Assembly (NCBI GenBank): GCA_024650005.2
Contig: CP122380.1
Span: forward strand, 672,001 to 736,000
Source of the DNA: Candidatus Bathyarchaeum tardum
Lineage (GTDB): Archaea > Thermoproteota > Bathyarchaeia > Bathyarchaeales > Bathyarchaeaceae
DNA: 64,000 bases
Direction: 5' to 3'
In this document: one piece after another, positions 21,167 through 31,700 of the stretch
Layout: every line of letters begins with the position of its first letter
How positions within the stretch are numbered: position 1 is the first letter of the stretch
The notes under the pieces: generated by a model
The model's database searches: none
What the model was told of the DNA's origin: nothing
What the model saw: only the letters and a program-made list of their open reading frames with translations
Made by a program: the position numbers and the translations under genes

Positions 21167-22156
21167 TTATTCAAGCTCTGACGGTTCTAACCAGTTACGG
21201 GATTTGAGAACTGTTTTGTTGCCAAATTTTATTTTTAAGCAGTTGTCGTATGGACACATTTCAACACATCTTGCGCATAGCATGCACATTGATGTCATGA
21301 TTTTTCCTCCTTTCTTTTCGTAGACTTCAGTTACTTGAACTGGACAAACTCGTTTACAAATTCCACATTTTGTACATTTTTCTTCATTCTTGTCCAGATG
21401 CAACATTGGAGCCCATTTGAAACCTTTGATCTTGTTCAAAACAGCTATTGACGCTCCTGTTGGGCAGAATCTGCACCAAAATCTTCTTACAAAAAATGAG
21501 GCGCCAACTGTTAAAGCCAAAAAAACTAGTGCACTGACTGTAGCAAAGTTTTCGCCAGTATATTTGATTACTTCTTGAATGTATGGGTAACTAAAGTATA
21601 TTCCAGCAATTTCAAGAGGTCCTGTCCAAGGTACAATTATTGGTGTCAATGGGCTGAGTAAGATTCCGATGTGTTCAAATGGACCTGCAAAATGCATCAT
21701 CATCATGGTTAAAACGTTCCCTGTTGAAGGGGGATCCATGATGCTGAAAACAGCTCCCAGAATTAAGAAACTAATAATGAGGACATATCTGAGGTTATGT
21801 AACATTTTGTTGAGTCTGTCTGGGATGATTCTGTAGCGTATGTTTGTAGCTTTTCTGAGTACTGTGATTACGTCCATGTATAATCCATACGGGCAAATCC
21901 ATCCGCAGAAAAATCTGCCTAGAACGATTGGCATTATCAAGATTACTGCTGCTATGTAGATTGGTCTTATTGGGTATGAAAATAAGTAAAATGTTCCCAC
22001 TACTGCTAGTACTTGAATTACAAATTTTATGTAAGTAACTTTTGTTGTTCGGCCTTTTTTCCATATCAAAATTGTAAGTATTGCTGCAATTGTTAGTCCT
22101 GCTATTGCCGTTAACTTTAACAGTTCTGCTACTAGTTCCATTGTCATCTTCTTCAC
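21167..22156 (-). CDS. Membrane 4Fe-4S binding protein (NapH/MauN family)
   Basis: GRFFCGWICP and RFWCRFCP motifs; two CxxCxxCxxxCP ferredoxin motifs. Confidence 0.88.
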   Translation of the reverse strand: MKKMTMELVAELLKLTAIAGLTIAAILTILIWKKGRTTKVTYIKFVIQVLAVVGTFYLFSYPIRPIYIAAVILIMPIVLGRFFCGWICPYGLYMDVITVLRKATNIRYRIIPDRLNKMLHNLRYVLIISFLILGAVFSIMDPPSTGNVLTMMMMHFAGPFEHIGILLSPLTPIIVPWTGPLEIAGIYFSYPYIQEVIKYTGENFATVSALVFLALTVGASFFVRRFWCRFCPTGASIAVLNKIKGFKWAPMLHLDKNEEKCTKCGICKRVCPVQVTEVYEKKGGKIMTSMCMLCARCVEMCPYDNCLKIKFGNKTVLKSRNWLEPSELE

Positions 22157-22530
22157 CTAAAATATGATATCTTACTGAAAAACTCTTATGAAACCGATTT
22201 CAGTATACGATGCTGTGTTGAATGTTTTCGGATGAAATTCTGAACTTGTTGTTAACGACATGTGGCTTTTCTCATGAAATTTTGTGCTAACTACTATATC
22301 CGTTTAATTTTTAACAGTTTGTACTATTTGTAGTCAATAACAAATACTTTCCAGAAACTTATTATTGTTTTACAGTAGTACGCCGAGGACATATTCACTG
22401 GGATGCAAGCATGCTACTCATTCAAAGGTAACAAATCTAACTGTGTTACTGCTAAAAACTATATTTTTATTAACCGAATAACGAGTCTATTCGCTGATCC
22501 ATAATACATCGTTTCTGAGAGGAACAATAA

Positions 22531-23739
22531 ATGTCTAAACCCTTTGTCGTGATTACAGCAACTGGAAAAGATAAACCCGGTTTAATAACAGAAATAACAG
22601 AATTGATTGCCTATTCCAAAGGAAACATCGTTGACATCGAAGCCTTCAGTATGAGAGGATTATTTGCAATTTTTATGATAGTTGATTGTCGTTGTATGTC
22701 TGTTTCTTTTGAAAACCTGCGAGAGCAACTCATGGTCATGGGGCAAAAGGTAGGTTTAGATGTAAACATAGAATCCCTTCCGTCTGTACGGAGAAAAACT
22801 GGCAAAAAACTTGTGCTTTTAACAACCTTAGGTAAGGATCAACTTGGAATAGTAGCGAAAGTTTCACGTTTCCTTTCTGAAAATAACGCAAACATTGAAC
22901 GGATACGCATGATTGCTTATGGTGAATTAAACGCCATGGAAATACTTGTAGACATCAACGACCTAAAGGTTCCTGTTCAAGACTTCAAAGAATCCCTAAG
23001 CAAAGAATGCAAGCTAGTTGGGCAAGATGTTGTATTCCAGAAGGATACTGTTTTTCGTAAACCAAAACGATTGATTGTTTTTGACGTAGACGGCACTTTG
23101 ATTGATGCTGAATTTATTGATGAGTTAGCAAAAGCTGCAGGTGTAGGCGGAAAAGTAAGTGAAATTACTTCTCGAGCTATGAATGGAGAACTTGACTTCA
23201 AGCAAGCCCTAAGAGAAAGGGTTGGACTTTTGAAGGGTTTACCTGTTGAAGTCCTTGATTCCATAGTTGAAAACTTGGATGTAACCGCTGGGGCTGAAGA
23301 ATTAATAATTGCCCTTAAAGCGTTGGGTTACAAGATAGCCCTTATTTCTGGTGGTTTCACTCAGTTTGTTGAAAAAATCCAAGAAAAACTTGGAATCGAC
23401 TTTGTTTATGCTAACCAGCTTGTAATCAAAGATGGAAAACTAACTGGTGAGGTTTTAGAACCCATAATTGATGCCGAACGAAAAGCTGAACTGATGAAGG
23501 AGATAGCTAAAAAAGAGAATTTGTTGATGGAACAAGTTGTTGCCGTGGGTGATGGTGCAAATGATCGGTTTATGCTTCAAAACTCTGGTTTAGGGATTGC
23601 CCTTTATCCAAAGGCAGTTCTACAAAAAGTTGCTTCTGGTGTAATAACTAAAGACAATCTTGCTGGCATTCTATACTGTTTAGGTGCACCAGAAGAAAAA
23701 CTCAAAGAATTAGTACCCGACAAAAAACTGGATTCTTGA
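22531..23739 (+). CDS. serB: Phosphoserine phosphatase with two N-terminal ACT domains
   Basis: GKDKPG and GKDQLG ACT starts; HAD motifs FDVDGTL, SGGF and GDGAND. Confidence 0.9.
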   Translation: MSKPFVVITATGKDKPGLITEITELIAYSKGNIVDIEAFSMRGLFAIFMIVDCRCMSVSFENLREQLMVMGQKVGLDVNIESLPSVRRKTGKKLVLLTTLGKDQLGIVAKVSRFLSENNANIERIRMIAYGELNAMEILVDINDLKVPVQDFKESLSKECKLVGQDVVFQKDTVFRKPKRLIVFDVDGTLIDAEFIDELAKAAGVGGKVSEITSRAMNGELDFKQALRERVGLLKGLPVEVLDSIVENLDVTAGAEELIIALKALGYKIALISGGFTQFVEKIQEKLGIDFVYANQLVIKDGKLTGEVLEPIIDAERKAELMKEIAKKENLLMEQVVAVGDGANDRFMLQNSGLGIALYPKAVLQKVASGVITKDNLAGILYCLGAPEEKLKELVPDKKLDS

Positions 23740-23761
23740 AAAAACAGGTAATAAAAATTGC

Positions 23762-24136
23762 TTAAGATTCAAATTGCCTGGTTTTCATTATGTCTTTGTT
23801 TATTTCTTTGAAGGTTTTGTAAATGTCTTCTACGTGTAATGTTGAATTTTTGATTTTAGTCTGAACAAGTCCGGCAACTAAAACCGCACCGCCTATTGTT
23901 TCACTTATGGGAGTGGGTTCTGGGAATGTGATAATTGCCAAAGCAATTTTGATTAATTTTGACTTTTTTTCTCCACGCCATAATTTCTGGGCGTTGTTTA
24001 CGTCTTTGGACATTTCTTGTATAACTTCGAGAGTTTCTGTATAACTTAACCCTAGTTCTTGCAGGATAACAGCCATTCGTTTCAATTCTTTTTGTTCCAC
24101 GATGAACCCCGCTTTGTTGTTAAATAATAAAAACAC
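23762..24136 (-). CDS. Hypothetical protein
   Basis: 124 aa with hydrophobic hairpin FPEPTPISETIGGAVLVAG; start uncertain. Confidence 0.6.
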   Translation of the reverse strand: MFLLFNNKAGFIVEQKELKRMAVILQELGLSYTETLEVIQEMSKDVNNAQKLWRGEKKSKLIKIALAIITFPEPTPISETIGGAVLVAGLVQTKIKNSTLHVEDIYKTFKEINKDIMKTRQFES

Positions 24137-24724
24137 TGTTAATCCTTTCTAGCACAAAAGCTTTAACGCCAATAAAACAGCAAAAAAGTCGATTATCTAC
24201 GGTTTTAACATCAAAAATTTCTATAAACTGTGCAAAAGCAGGTTCTATACACTTCATTTTTTAACTAAAACTTTACAAGTTTTTCCAACAGAAATTTTAA
24301 CATTTTGTCCAATTTTTTCTGATCCCGATGCTTTCGTTAAGTTTTGGGAATTCACTACCGTAAGTATAATTACATCCCTTGTTCAGCTTGGTTTTGCAAG
24401 CTTTTACTTAGTTATAAGATTCAATTTATTGGTTTGACATTTGGTGAAAAAATGGATAGAAAACAACGATGCTAAATTTTAGTCAGACTATGAGGAAGCC
24501 AAACACCATTTTGAAATGGTGATGGGTAAACCCTCCACATCACTTAAACTAGAAATTCCTGCTGGTTTAAAATCATTGGTTCTGATTTTCGTAAACTGAA
24601 AACTGATCAACAATTTCCTGAATAACTATAAGGACTTAATGAAAAAGTGGCTTCTTCTTGATTCTCGCCGTAAACACAATTCTTGCCCATAATTACTATG
24701 TTTTGTTTAGTAACTGTTATGTGT

Positions 24725-25132
24725 TCACTCGTTTTCATCTAACATTTCTTTAAGGGATTCCACTTCTTCTCTGAGGGAAGCAATTTCGTCCTCTAAAGTG
24801 CTTGCTTTTGTTTCACCTATTTTTTTAAGTTCTTCTATCTCTTCTAATAGTTCGGTCCTTTCTTCTTTTAGTTTTTCAATTTTTTCTTTTAAATCCCCCA
24901 ACATGGTTGTTAACTCCTTTTCCACTCCCTTAATTTCTTTAACTGCCCGTATAAAATCCCTTTTGGTTTCTTGTTTTTCTGTAATGCTCAAGACTTTTTT
25001 TTTACATTCTGGGCACACAAAAACACCTAACCTATATTTCATTTTATCATCAGTCATGTTGCCTTTGCCAATCATGGACCCGGTTTTGATTTGATTGTCT
25101 ACTGCTTTTTCACATCTGGGGCATGATGGCAC
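24725..25132 (-). CDS. Zinc-ribbon (Cren7-like) domain fused to a coiled coil
   Basis: CPRC...LGVFVCPEC N-terminus followed by about 70 aa of heptad E/K-rich helix; downstream of tfb on the same strand. Confidence 0.65.
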   Translation of the reverse strand: MPSCPRCEKAVDNQIKTGSMIGKGNMTDDKMKYRLGVFVCPECKKKVLSITEKQETKRDFIRAVKEIKGVEKELTTMLGDLKEKIEKLKEERTELLEEIEELKKIGETKASTLEDEIASLREEVESLKEMLDENE

Positions 25133-25257
25133 TTGTAGTGTTCCTCATTAATAGTTACTGTAATTGTTTAAAATGTTTTTTAACTTTTTATCGCCCAGAT
25201 TTCACTCTGATTTGCATTTTTCGTTTCACTTTTTAGTTAAGAAAAACCGAAATTGGG

Positions 25258-26193
25258 TTACAAATAGATGACGAACTGCAGTCTTTCTACCAGTTCTTTG
25301 TAACGGTTTCGTATGGTTACTTCTGTTACTTGGGCGATTTCTGCAATTTCTCTTTGAGTTTTTCTTTCTCCGGTTAAAACTGAAGCAATGTAACTAGCTG
25401 CTGCTGCTATGCCTGTTGGTCCTCTGCCCGAGGTGAGTTTTAATTCCTTTGCGGTTCCCAGAATCTTGTGGGCGATTTCTTCTACTTTGCCTTGCATGGT
25501 CAATTGGTTTGAAAACTTGGTTACGTATTGGCTAGGTTTTAGCGGTGGGATGAAGTAATTAAGTTCTTTAATCAGGAACCTGTAACTTCGTCCAACTTCT
25601 TTCTTGTTTACTGTTGAAGCTTGGGAGATTTCATCTAATGTTCTGGCGACTCCACATTGTCTGCAAGCAACATAAATCGCGGCAGCAGTTACACCTTGGA
25701 TCGATCTTCCTCTGATGAGGCGTTCTTTAACTGCTTTGCGATAGATGACTGAAGCGGTTTCAAGAATGTTTTTTGGCAAATTTAGATTGTTAGAAATTTT
25801 TGAAATTTCAGAAAGTGCAAAAGCAAGGTTTCTTTCTGTTGCATCTGAAACCCTGATTCGTCTTTGCCATTTTCTTAATCTGTAAATTTGTGCTTTTTGT
25901 CCTGGGGCTAATCTTTTCCCATAAACATCTCTGTCATGCCAATCAATCATTGTTGAAAGGCCTTTATCGTGGATGGTGAATGTTGCTGGGGCTCCTGCTC
26001 TGGCACGTTTTGTTCGTTGTTCATCGTCAAAGGCTCGCCATTCGGGTCCTTGGTCTGCAAGTTTTGCTGCTACGACTACTCCGCAGTTCATGCAGACTAT
26101 TTCGGCACATTCATAGTCCCTCATGATGCGATTACTTCCACATTCGGGACATTTTTGAATTTTTGGTGCCTGTGGGATGCTTTCTTCTTTCAC
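25258..26193 (-). CDS. tfb: Transcription initiation factor IIB
   Basis: Zn ribbon CPECG...CMNCG, GPEWRAF and two cyclin repeats. Confidence 0.97.
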   Translation of the reverse strand: MKEESIPQAPKIQKCPECGSNRIMRDYECAEIVCMNCGVVVAAKLADQGPEWRAFDDEQRTKRARAGAPATFTIHDKGLSTMIDWHDRDVYGKRLAPGQKAQIYRLRKWQRRIRVSDATERNLAFALSEISKISNNLNLPKNILETASVIYRKAVKERLIRGRSIQGVTAAAIYVACRQCGVARTLDEISQASTVNKKEVGRSYRFLIKELNYFIPPLKPSQYVTKFSNQLTMQGKVEEIAHKILGTAKELKLTSGRGPTGIAAAASYIASVLTGERKTQREIAEIAQVTEVTIRNRYKELVERLQFVIYL

Positions 26194-26462
26194 TTTTTCT
26201 TCCTATTCCTTCTGTTTTTTACGCCGTCTTTTGTAGGGGTTGCGTAAAGAACTTGATTTTCAAATTGTTCTGGAGTCTGGGTGTAGGGTTTAACTGCGAC
26301 ATACGGGGAAGATATCGGACCAAAGACATCAAAAACGGTTCCCACTGGTTTGAGTTTTTCATTTACTGCTCGGTCACCAATGCGGGGGATATTTTCGGAT
26401 TTCAGAATAAGATTTCTGGTAGTACTTACGTGAAGGACGTTACCGATTCTGTGCAAAACCAC
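26190..26462 (-). CDS. gar1: H/ACA RNP component Gar1
   Basis: [20 protein letters not shown] motif; conserved position upstream of tfb. Confidence 0.9.
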   Translation of the reverse strand: MVLHRIGNVLHVSTTRNLILKSENIPRIGDRAVNEKLKPVGTVFDVFGPISSPYVAVKPYTQTPEQFENQVLYATPTKDGVKNRRNRKKK

Positions 26463-26731
26463 TACCCCTCACAAAACCTATGATTCACCCGTTCGGTTTT
26501 ATTTAAACGTTTCTGACTTTTTTGTTAACTTTGCACATTCAATTTTATTTTCGAAATTTATCTGATTCATTTGCGTATTTCGCATGAATGTCGATGTATC
26601 AAAAAGTTTAATTTTTCACGTTTTTGTGCAGAAATTCAAATTAGATTGTAATGTTGCTTGTTTTTGTTTTTGTCTTCAGGGGAAACCACAACTAATAAAA
26701 TGCTCAACATCATTTAGCAATTTAGATTATA

Positions 26732-27016
26732 ATGCGGAAAAAAAACTCAATCGTCTTGTGGTCTAATTACTTTGATTCGACTAAAACCAGAAACGATGGC
26801 AGACGGGTACCAAGAAACTTGGCTGTATCTTCACCAAAAATTGAAGAACTTCAACGGGCTGCCAAACGATTAGGTTTGCAACCTGAAGTTAATCTTGATG
26901 CTGCTCATCCCAGTTGTCCTTGGAGAAAAACTGGGTTTATTGTTCTTCCTAAAACTGAATCAAAAACTGAAACAATGAAAAAAATTGCAAAAGAGCTTTC
27001 TATCTTACGTCGATAG
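26732..27016 (+). CDS. srp19: Signal recognition particle 19 kDa protein
   Basis: WSNYFDSTKTRNDGRRVP...HPSCPW motif. Confidence 0.92.
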   Translation: MRKKNSIVLWSNYFDSTKTRNDGRRVPRNLAVSSPKIEELQRAAKRLGLQPEVNLDAAHPSCPWRKTGFIVLPKTESKTETMKKIAKELSILRR

Positions 27017-27025
27017 AAAAGCTTG

Positions 27026-27418
27026 TTAATCTTCTTTTTTGTCTACTAGAACAGCATTTACTTTGCCGTCTTGCCCTGGGCGTGAAGTTACTCTAGCGGT
27101 TCCCAGTGATGTTGCAATCATTGTTCCTTTGGTGATTACTCCTCGTCTGTCGTAGTCTACGTTAGCTGGGTTTTTGATTACGCGAACAATTTCTACTTTC
27201 TCGGTTTTTCCAGAAGCATCTGAGATATTTGCCTCATTTACTGCTAGCAGGCGTTGTTTTTCGTTACCTCCATGTTTTCGCATGGATTTGCTTTTGTTTT
27301 TGCCAAGTGCAGTTTCTGCTGCGAAGAATCCTCTTTCAAATCTTCTCTTTTTGCGGTTAGCTATTTTTCTTCCGCCAGTAGCTTTGTGTTTATGTTGATC
27401 TCCGTGCCATACTGACAA
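27026..27418 (-). CDS. rps8e: 30S ribosomal protein S8e
   Basis: TGGR, HGGNEK, NPANVDYDRRGVITKG and VTSRPGQDG motifs. Confidence 0.95.
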   Translation of the reverse strand: MSVWHGDQHKHKATGGRKIANRKKRRFERGFFAAETALGKNKSKSMRKHGGNEKQRLLAVNEANISDASGKTEKVEIVRVIKNPANVDYDRRGVITKGTMIATSLGTARVTSRPGQDGKVNAVLVDKKED

Positions 27419-27477
27419 GCTTACATCATCTCATAAGTCTGTTGAGACTACCAAAACTTGACATATAAGCTTATCTT

Positions 27478-28092
27478 TTATTTTTGGCTCTCAGGTTCCT
27501 TTTTTTCTTCTATTTGAGGTTTTTCCAAATCTTTGAAAATGGTTTTTAGTTGCCTTTTCATCGCTCGGAGGTCGTGGCTTAACCCAAAAAAATCAGCAAA
27601 AAACTGTGTTGTTTTGATTATCCTTTTTTTTCCTGTGCCTTCACGGACTATCAAATCCATCTCTTCTAATTGTTTAAGGTGCCCATAAGAGTGGTGCCCT
27701 CTAACGTCAACAACTAGGGTCTGAAAGATTGGTTGCCTAAACGCAATGTAAGACAAAGTTTTCAAAGGTCCAGCAGATAGAAGGGGTCTTGTAGCTAGTT
27801 TTCTAACTTTGCCCGTATAATCACTTTTAAGTTGCATAACAAACCGCTCCCCTTCTACTTCCAGTATTTCAATAGCACTTTCACGGTTTGAATACATTTC
27901 AACTAATTTTCTCGCTAGTTTTCGAACCTTTTTTTTCGAACGAGTCCCTGCTACACTTGCCAATGTTCTCAAATCAAGGGGTCTACCTGATACATACAAT
28001 GCAGACTCCATTAACGCCAGTTGATGCTTAATTTTTTCTACTTTGGCTTTTTCTTGATCTTTCTCAGACAGGTTCTGTTCGTTTTTCGTCAA
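27478..28092 (-). CDS. scpB: SMC-Scp complex subunit ScpB
   Basis: ESALYVSG, LKTLSYIAFRQPI and TTQFFADFFGL motifs. Confidence 0.92.
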   Translation of the reverse strand: MTKNEQNLSEKDQEKAKVEKIKHQLALMESALYVSGRPLDLRTLASVAGTRSKKKVRKLARKLVEMYSNRESAIEILEVEGERFVMQLKSDYTGKVRKLATRPLLSAGPLKTLSYIAFRQPIFQTLVVDVRGHHSYGHLKQLEEMDLIVREGTGKKRIIKTTQFFADFFGLSHDLRAMKRQLKTIFKDLEKPQIEEKKEPESQK

Positions 28093-28756
28093 ATACTGGA
28101 TCTCCTATGACAGTTATGTAAAGCTCTTCTATTTCTTCTTCTTGCCACAGGCCTACTTTTCCCCGTTGGGCAAGAAACAGCAGAATGATGAATGTTTTAA
28201 CTACTTCAATCCTTTCAAGTCCCACAGTGAGTTTAGAGAACGTTATCAATTCTCCTGTGCCAACAAGTTGGCAGAGCTGTTCATACAGATTCTTCATATG
28301 GTCTTCAATTTGTAGTAGATACATGTCCAGTGGTGGAAGAATTTCTGGTGTGGGCAGTATTGGTTCAGGAAGTTTTGGGGGGCGTAAACTTTCTCCTTTT
28401 AGAACTTCGTCTAGTACGTTAAGCAGGTTATCTATGGTTGTTGAAGATAATTCGTAACGTAGGGGCAAGAACAATGGCGGTGGAATAAAATCGGGCATGT
28501 TTTTGGGTGGTGGGGGCGGTTCTTCCAATTTTAGTAGTAGTTGGGTTTTTCTGAGGTAAATGGTACTAGATGAATCCAACGCCATTCCTGAAGCTCTAAA
28601 ATCTACCTCTCCGAATTCTTCCATTTCATCCAAGAACATCTTCAGAAGATAAGAAATGTTAACATCCCACGGTAGCACTTTTTCCAGTCTGTGAATTTCA
28701 AAGAGTATATTTAGTGGCGGCTGAAAATAGAACGGTTTTTTCATTTTTTGAACCAT
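28064..28756 (-). CDS. scpA: Kleisin ScpA
   Basis: PWDVNI N-terminus and FIILLFLAQRGKVGLWQEE C-terminal wHTH; lies between smc and scpB. Confidence 0.88.
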   Translation of the reverse strand: MVQKMKKPFYFQPPLNILFEIHRLEKVLPWDVNISYLLKMFLDEMEEFGEVDFRASGMALDSSSTIYLRKTQLLLKLEEPPPPPKNMPDFIPPPLFLPLRYELSSTTIDNLLNVLDEVLKGESLRPPKLPEPILPTPEILPPLDMYLLQIEDHMKNLYEQLCQLVGTGELITFSKLTVGLERIEVVKTFIILLFLAQRGKVGLWQEEEIEELYITVIGDPVFDEKRTEPV

Positions 28757-31700
28757 TTACGCTGTCACCTCTTTAATTTTAGCTGATACTACGTGAGAAT
28801 AACCGCTGCGTTCGTAAATTCCCCAGACTTTCTTTGCTTTGCTTACCATTTCTGGTTTCAAAGTAATTGCCACAAACTGGGATTTATCTGATAATTCAAC
28901 AAAAAGGTCTCCCAGTCTTGATACGTGAAACGCGTCAAGGTGGGCATCAATTTCGTCAAACACATAAAATGCAGTGGGCATAAAATCTTGAAGTGCAAAA
29001 ATAAATGCAACAGCAGAAACTGACCTTTCTCCACTGCTTGCGCCACTAACAAGGATGGATGCTTTATTTCTAAACTGTACTTGCATGTCCATTCCTCCGG
29101 CGAAGGGGTCTTCAGGATTTTCAAGGACAAGGGATGCCGTTCCGCCGCCTGTTAGTTTTTCAAAATATTTACTGAAACTGCTGTCGATTTTTTCGAATGC
29201 TTCCATGAAAACTTTACGTTTCTTCTTTTCGATTTCTTCCATGAATGCTAGAATTGACTGTTTTTCTTTTTCCAGTTCGTTCATTCGTACAGACAATTCT
29301 TTGTATCTTGAAGCTTGTTCTGCATAATGATCCAAAGACAGCTGATTTACTGCACCCAACCTGCTTAATTCTAGGCGCAACTGTCTAAGAGCTTTCTCTG
29401 CAGTTTCTAGTTGTTTTTGAGAAATTGGCATGGGTTCATCATGACCCAGTTCATCCAATCTGGCATTAAGCTGTTCCAGTTTCATCTGGTTTGTTTGAAG
29501 GGTAAACTGCAACTGATTATAAAGCCTGTCTGAACGTTCATAAATTGAATCTAATTCTCTTAATTTTTTATCTAAATCGTCAAGTTGAACCGTATATTTT
29601 TTGGACTCTTCTTTTGCGTTCAATACTGTTCTAGAAAGTTCTTCTTTGCTGTTTTCCAGTTCTACAACTTCTTTTTCCAGCGAAACTTTTTCTTTAATTG
29701 CGGCGTCAACTTCATTTTCTACTGTAGCAATTTGTTGTTTTATTTTTCTTTGCTGAATTCGAATGTTATCTGCACTTACTTTCAATACGTTACCAAACGT
29801 AGAATCAAGAGTTGCAAGTTTAGTTTCTACGCTGCCCATTTGTTGACGTGAAGTAATCAGTTCTTCTCCGATTTTTTCTCGTTGAATTTCCATTTCTTGA
29901 ATCTGGCTTGTATCCGTTTTCCTGCGTAAATCATTTAACTTTTCTCGTAGGTTTTCAATTTCTTTATTAAGCTGGTTGCGTTGTAAACGCACTTCCCCGA
30001 GTTTATTTTTTTCCTCTTCTCGTTTCTCTTTAATTCTGCTTAGATGTTTCTCGATACGCCTGACGTTTTGTCGGGTGCCTTTGACGTTTTGACGGACTCT
30101 TCCGATTTCCCCGTCAAGGGTGACAATAGTTTCAGCTAAACTAGCCATTTCTTTGCGAATATTTTCAATATCTTCCTCAAAATTGTTTATTTCACTTTCT
30201 CGTTTTGATAAGTGTAACCTAAGGGCAGCAACAGCTTCATCAAGGCTTTTTACTGCATTTTTGCTGGGAATAATCGAAGAATAATCAACTGGAGCCCGGT
30301 AATAGCCACTTTCAAATCCACCCTGTGGCTCATAGAGATCTCCGTTTCTTGTAACTGTTCTACTGCCGTTTCGTGAAGCAGCAATAGCAATTTTCTGATC
30401 ATCTGTTACTAGAGTATCGCCAAAAACAAACCTTACTGCCGGATCATACCTTTTGGAACTTCTAACAAAATCAGCAGCAGTTCCTTCAATTCCTCTAAGT
30501 CTTGGACTATTTATAGAATTAATTTGTGCCATTTCATCAATAGGAATAATTTTAATTCGACCCAGCTTCATACGTTTAAGCGTTTCAGCACACGTAAACG
30601 CAGCGTCATAATTTTGGACAACCATGGCGTCCAACCAGCCAGCTGCAGTTGCTTCTATTGCCCGTTTGTATCCCTTTTCTACCTTAATCAGTTTTTTAAG
30701 ACGCCCATAAACTCCTTTTATTGCACCCAAATCAGAAAGTTCTTCAATGTTTCTCAGGGCAGTTTCTTCAGTAGCAACCTTTTCTGCCATCTCCCTTTGC
30801 GCTGCAAACTCAACTACTGCTTCTCGGGCAGACTCAGCAATTTTTTCTGCCTGAGCCATTTCTATCTTTGTTGATTCATGCAGGGCAAATCTTTTTTCTA
30901 GACTTTTTTCCAAATGAACTGCTTGTTTTTCTTGGTCGCTTTTTACTGCTCTTAGGTCAGCAAACGATTTTTTGAGCATATCAAGGTTTGACTCAAACGT
31001 TGCCTTTCGTTTAACGAGCTCATTTAGTTGCCTTGTAAGAACCTTCAGGGATGTTCGACTTTGGATAACATCACTGCGACGGTTAACAATTTCTTGAGTG
31101 TAGTTCTCTAACTTTTGTTCAATTTCTCTGATGTTTTTGTTGTTTTCTCCCAAGCTTGCCCGAAGTTTAGAGGCTTGATTTGAAATTTCATCATACTGCG
31201 CTTGTTTTTCTGCAATTTCCTTTAAGAAACGTTCTTGTTCACGTTTCAGTTTTCGAATTTCACTTCTGTTGTCTGTTACTTCACTTTGCATGGAACCCAG
31301 TTTCTGCTCGTTGCTTTCCATGACTTTTTTGAGGCCATCAACACTTGCAGTTCCTGCCCCAATTTTTGTTGACAGTTCACTTATTCTGGACCGGGCTTCA
31401 CCAATTTTATATTGAACTTCAAGGAGGCGTGATCCCCGTTGTTCAATCATTTCTGAGCCAAGTTTTCTCCACTCAGACTCAACGTCATACCTTTGTGACC
31501 TAAGTTTGTCTCGTAATTCTCGTGAATCTTCTACCTTGCTGCTAACTGATTCAATTTTAGACGTTACTTCATCAATTTTCTTTTGAACTTCCATAATGTC
31601 TCCAAAAATCTTCACTGCTTCAAATCGTTTGATTTCTTTTTGTAAAAACATGTAACGAAGCAGTTCGTTGCGTTCTCTTTCTAGATTGTCAACTCTTTGT

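Noticed and set aside
24140-24720. Possible RNase P RNA or pseudogene in the intergenic gap
   Set aside because: AT-rich, with no RNase P P4 consensus; only a short stop-interrupted reading frame that I cannot assign.
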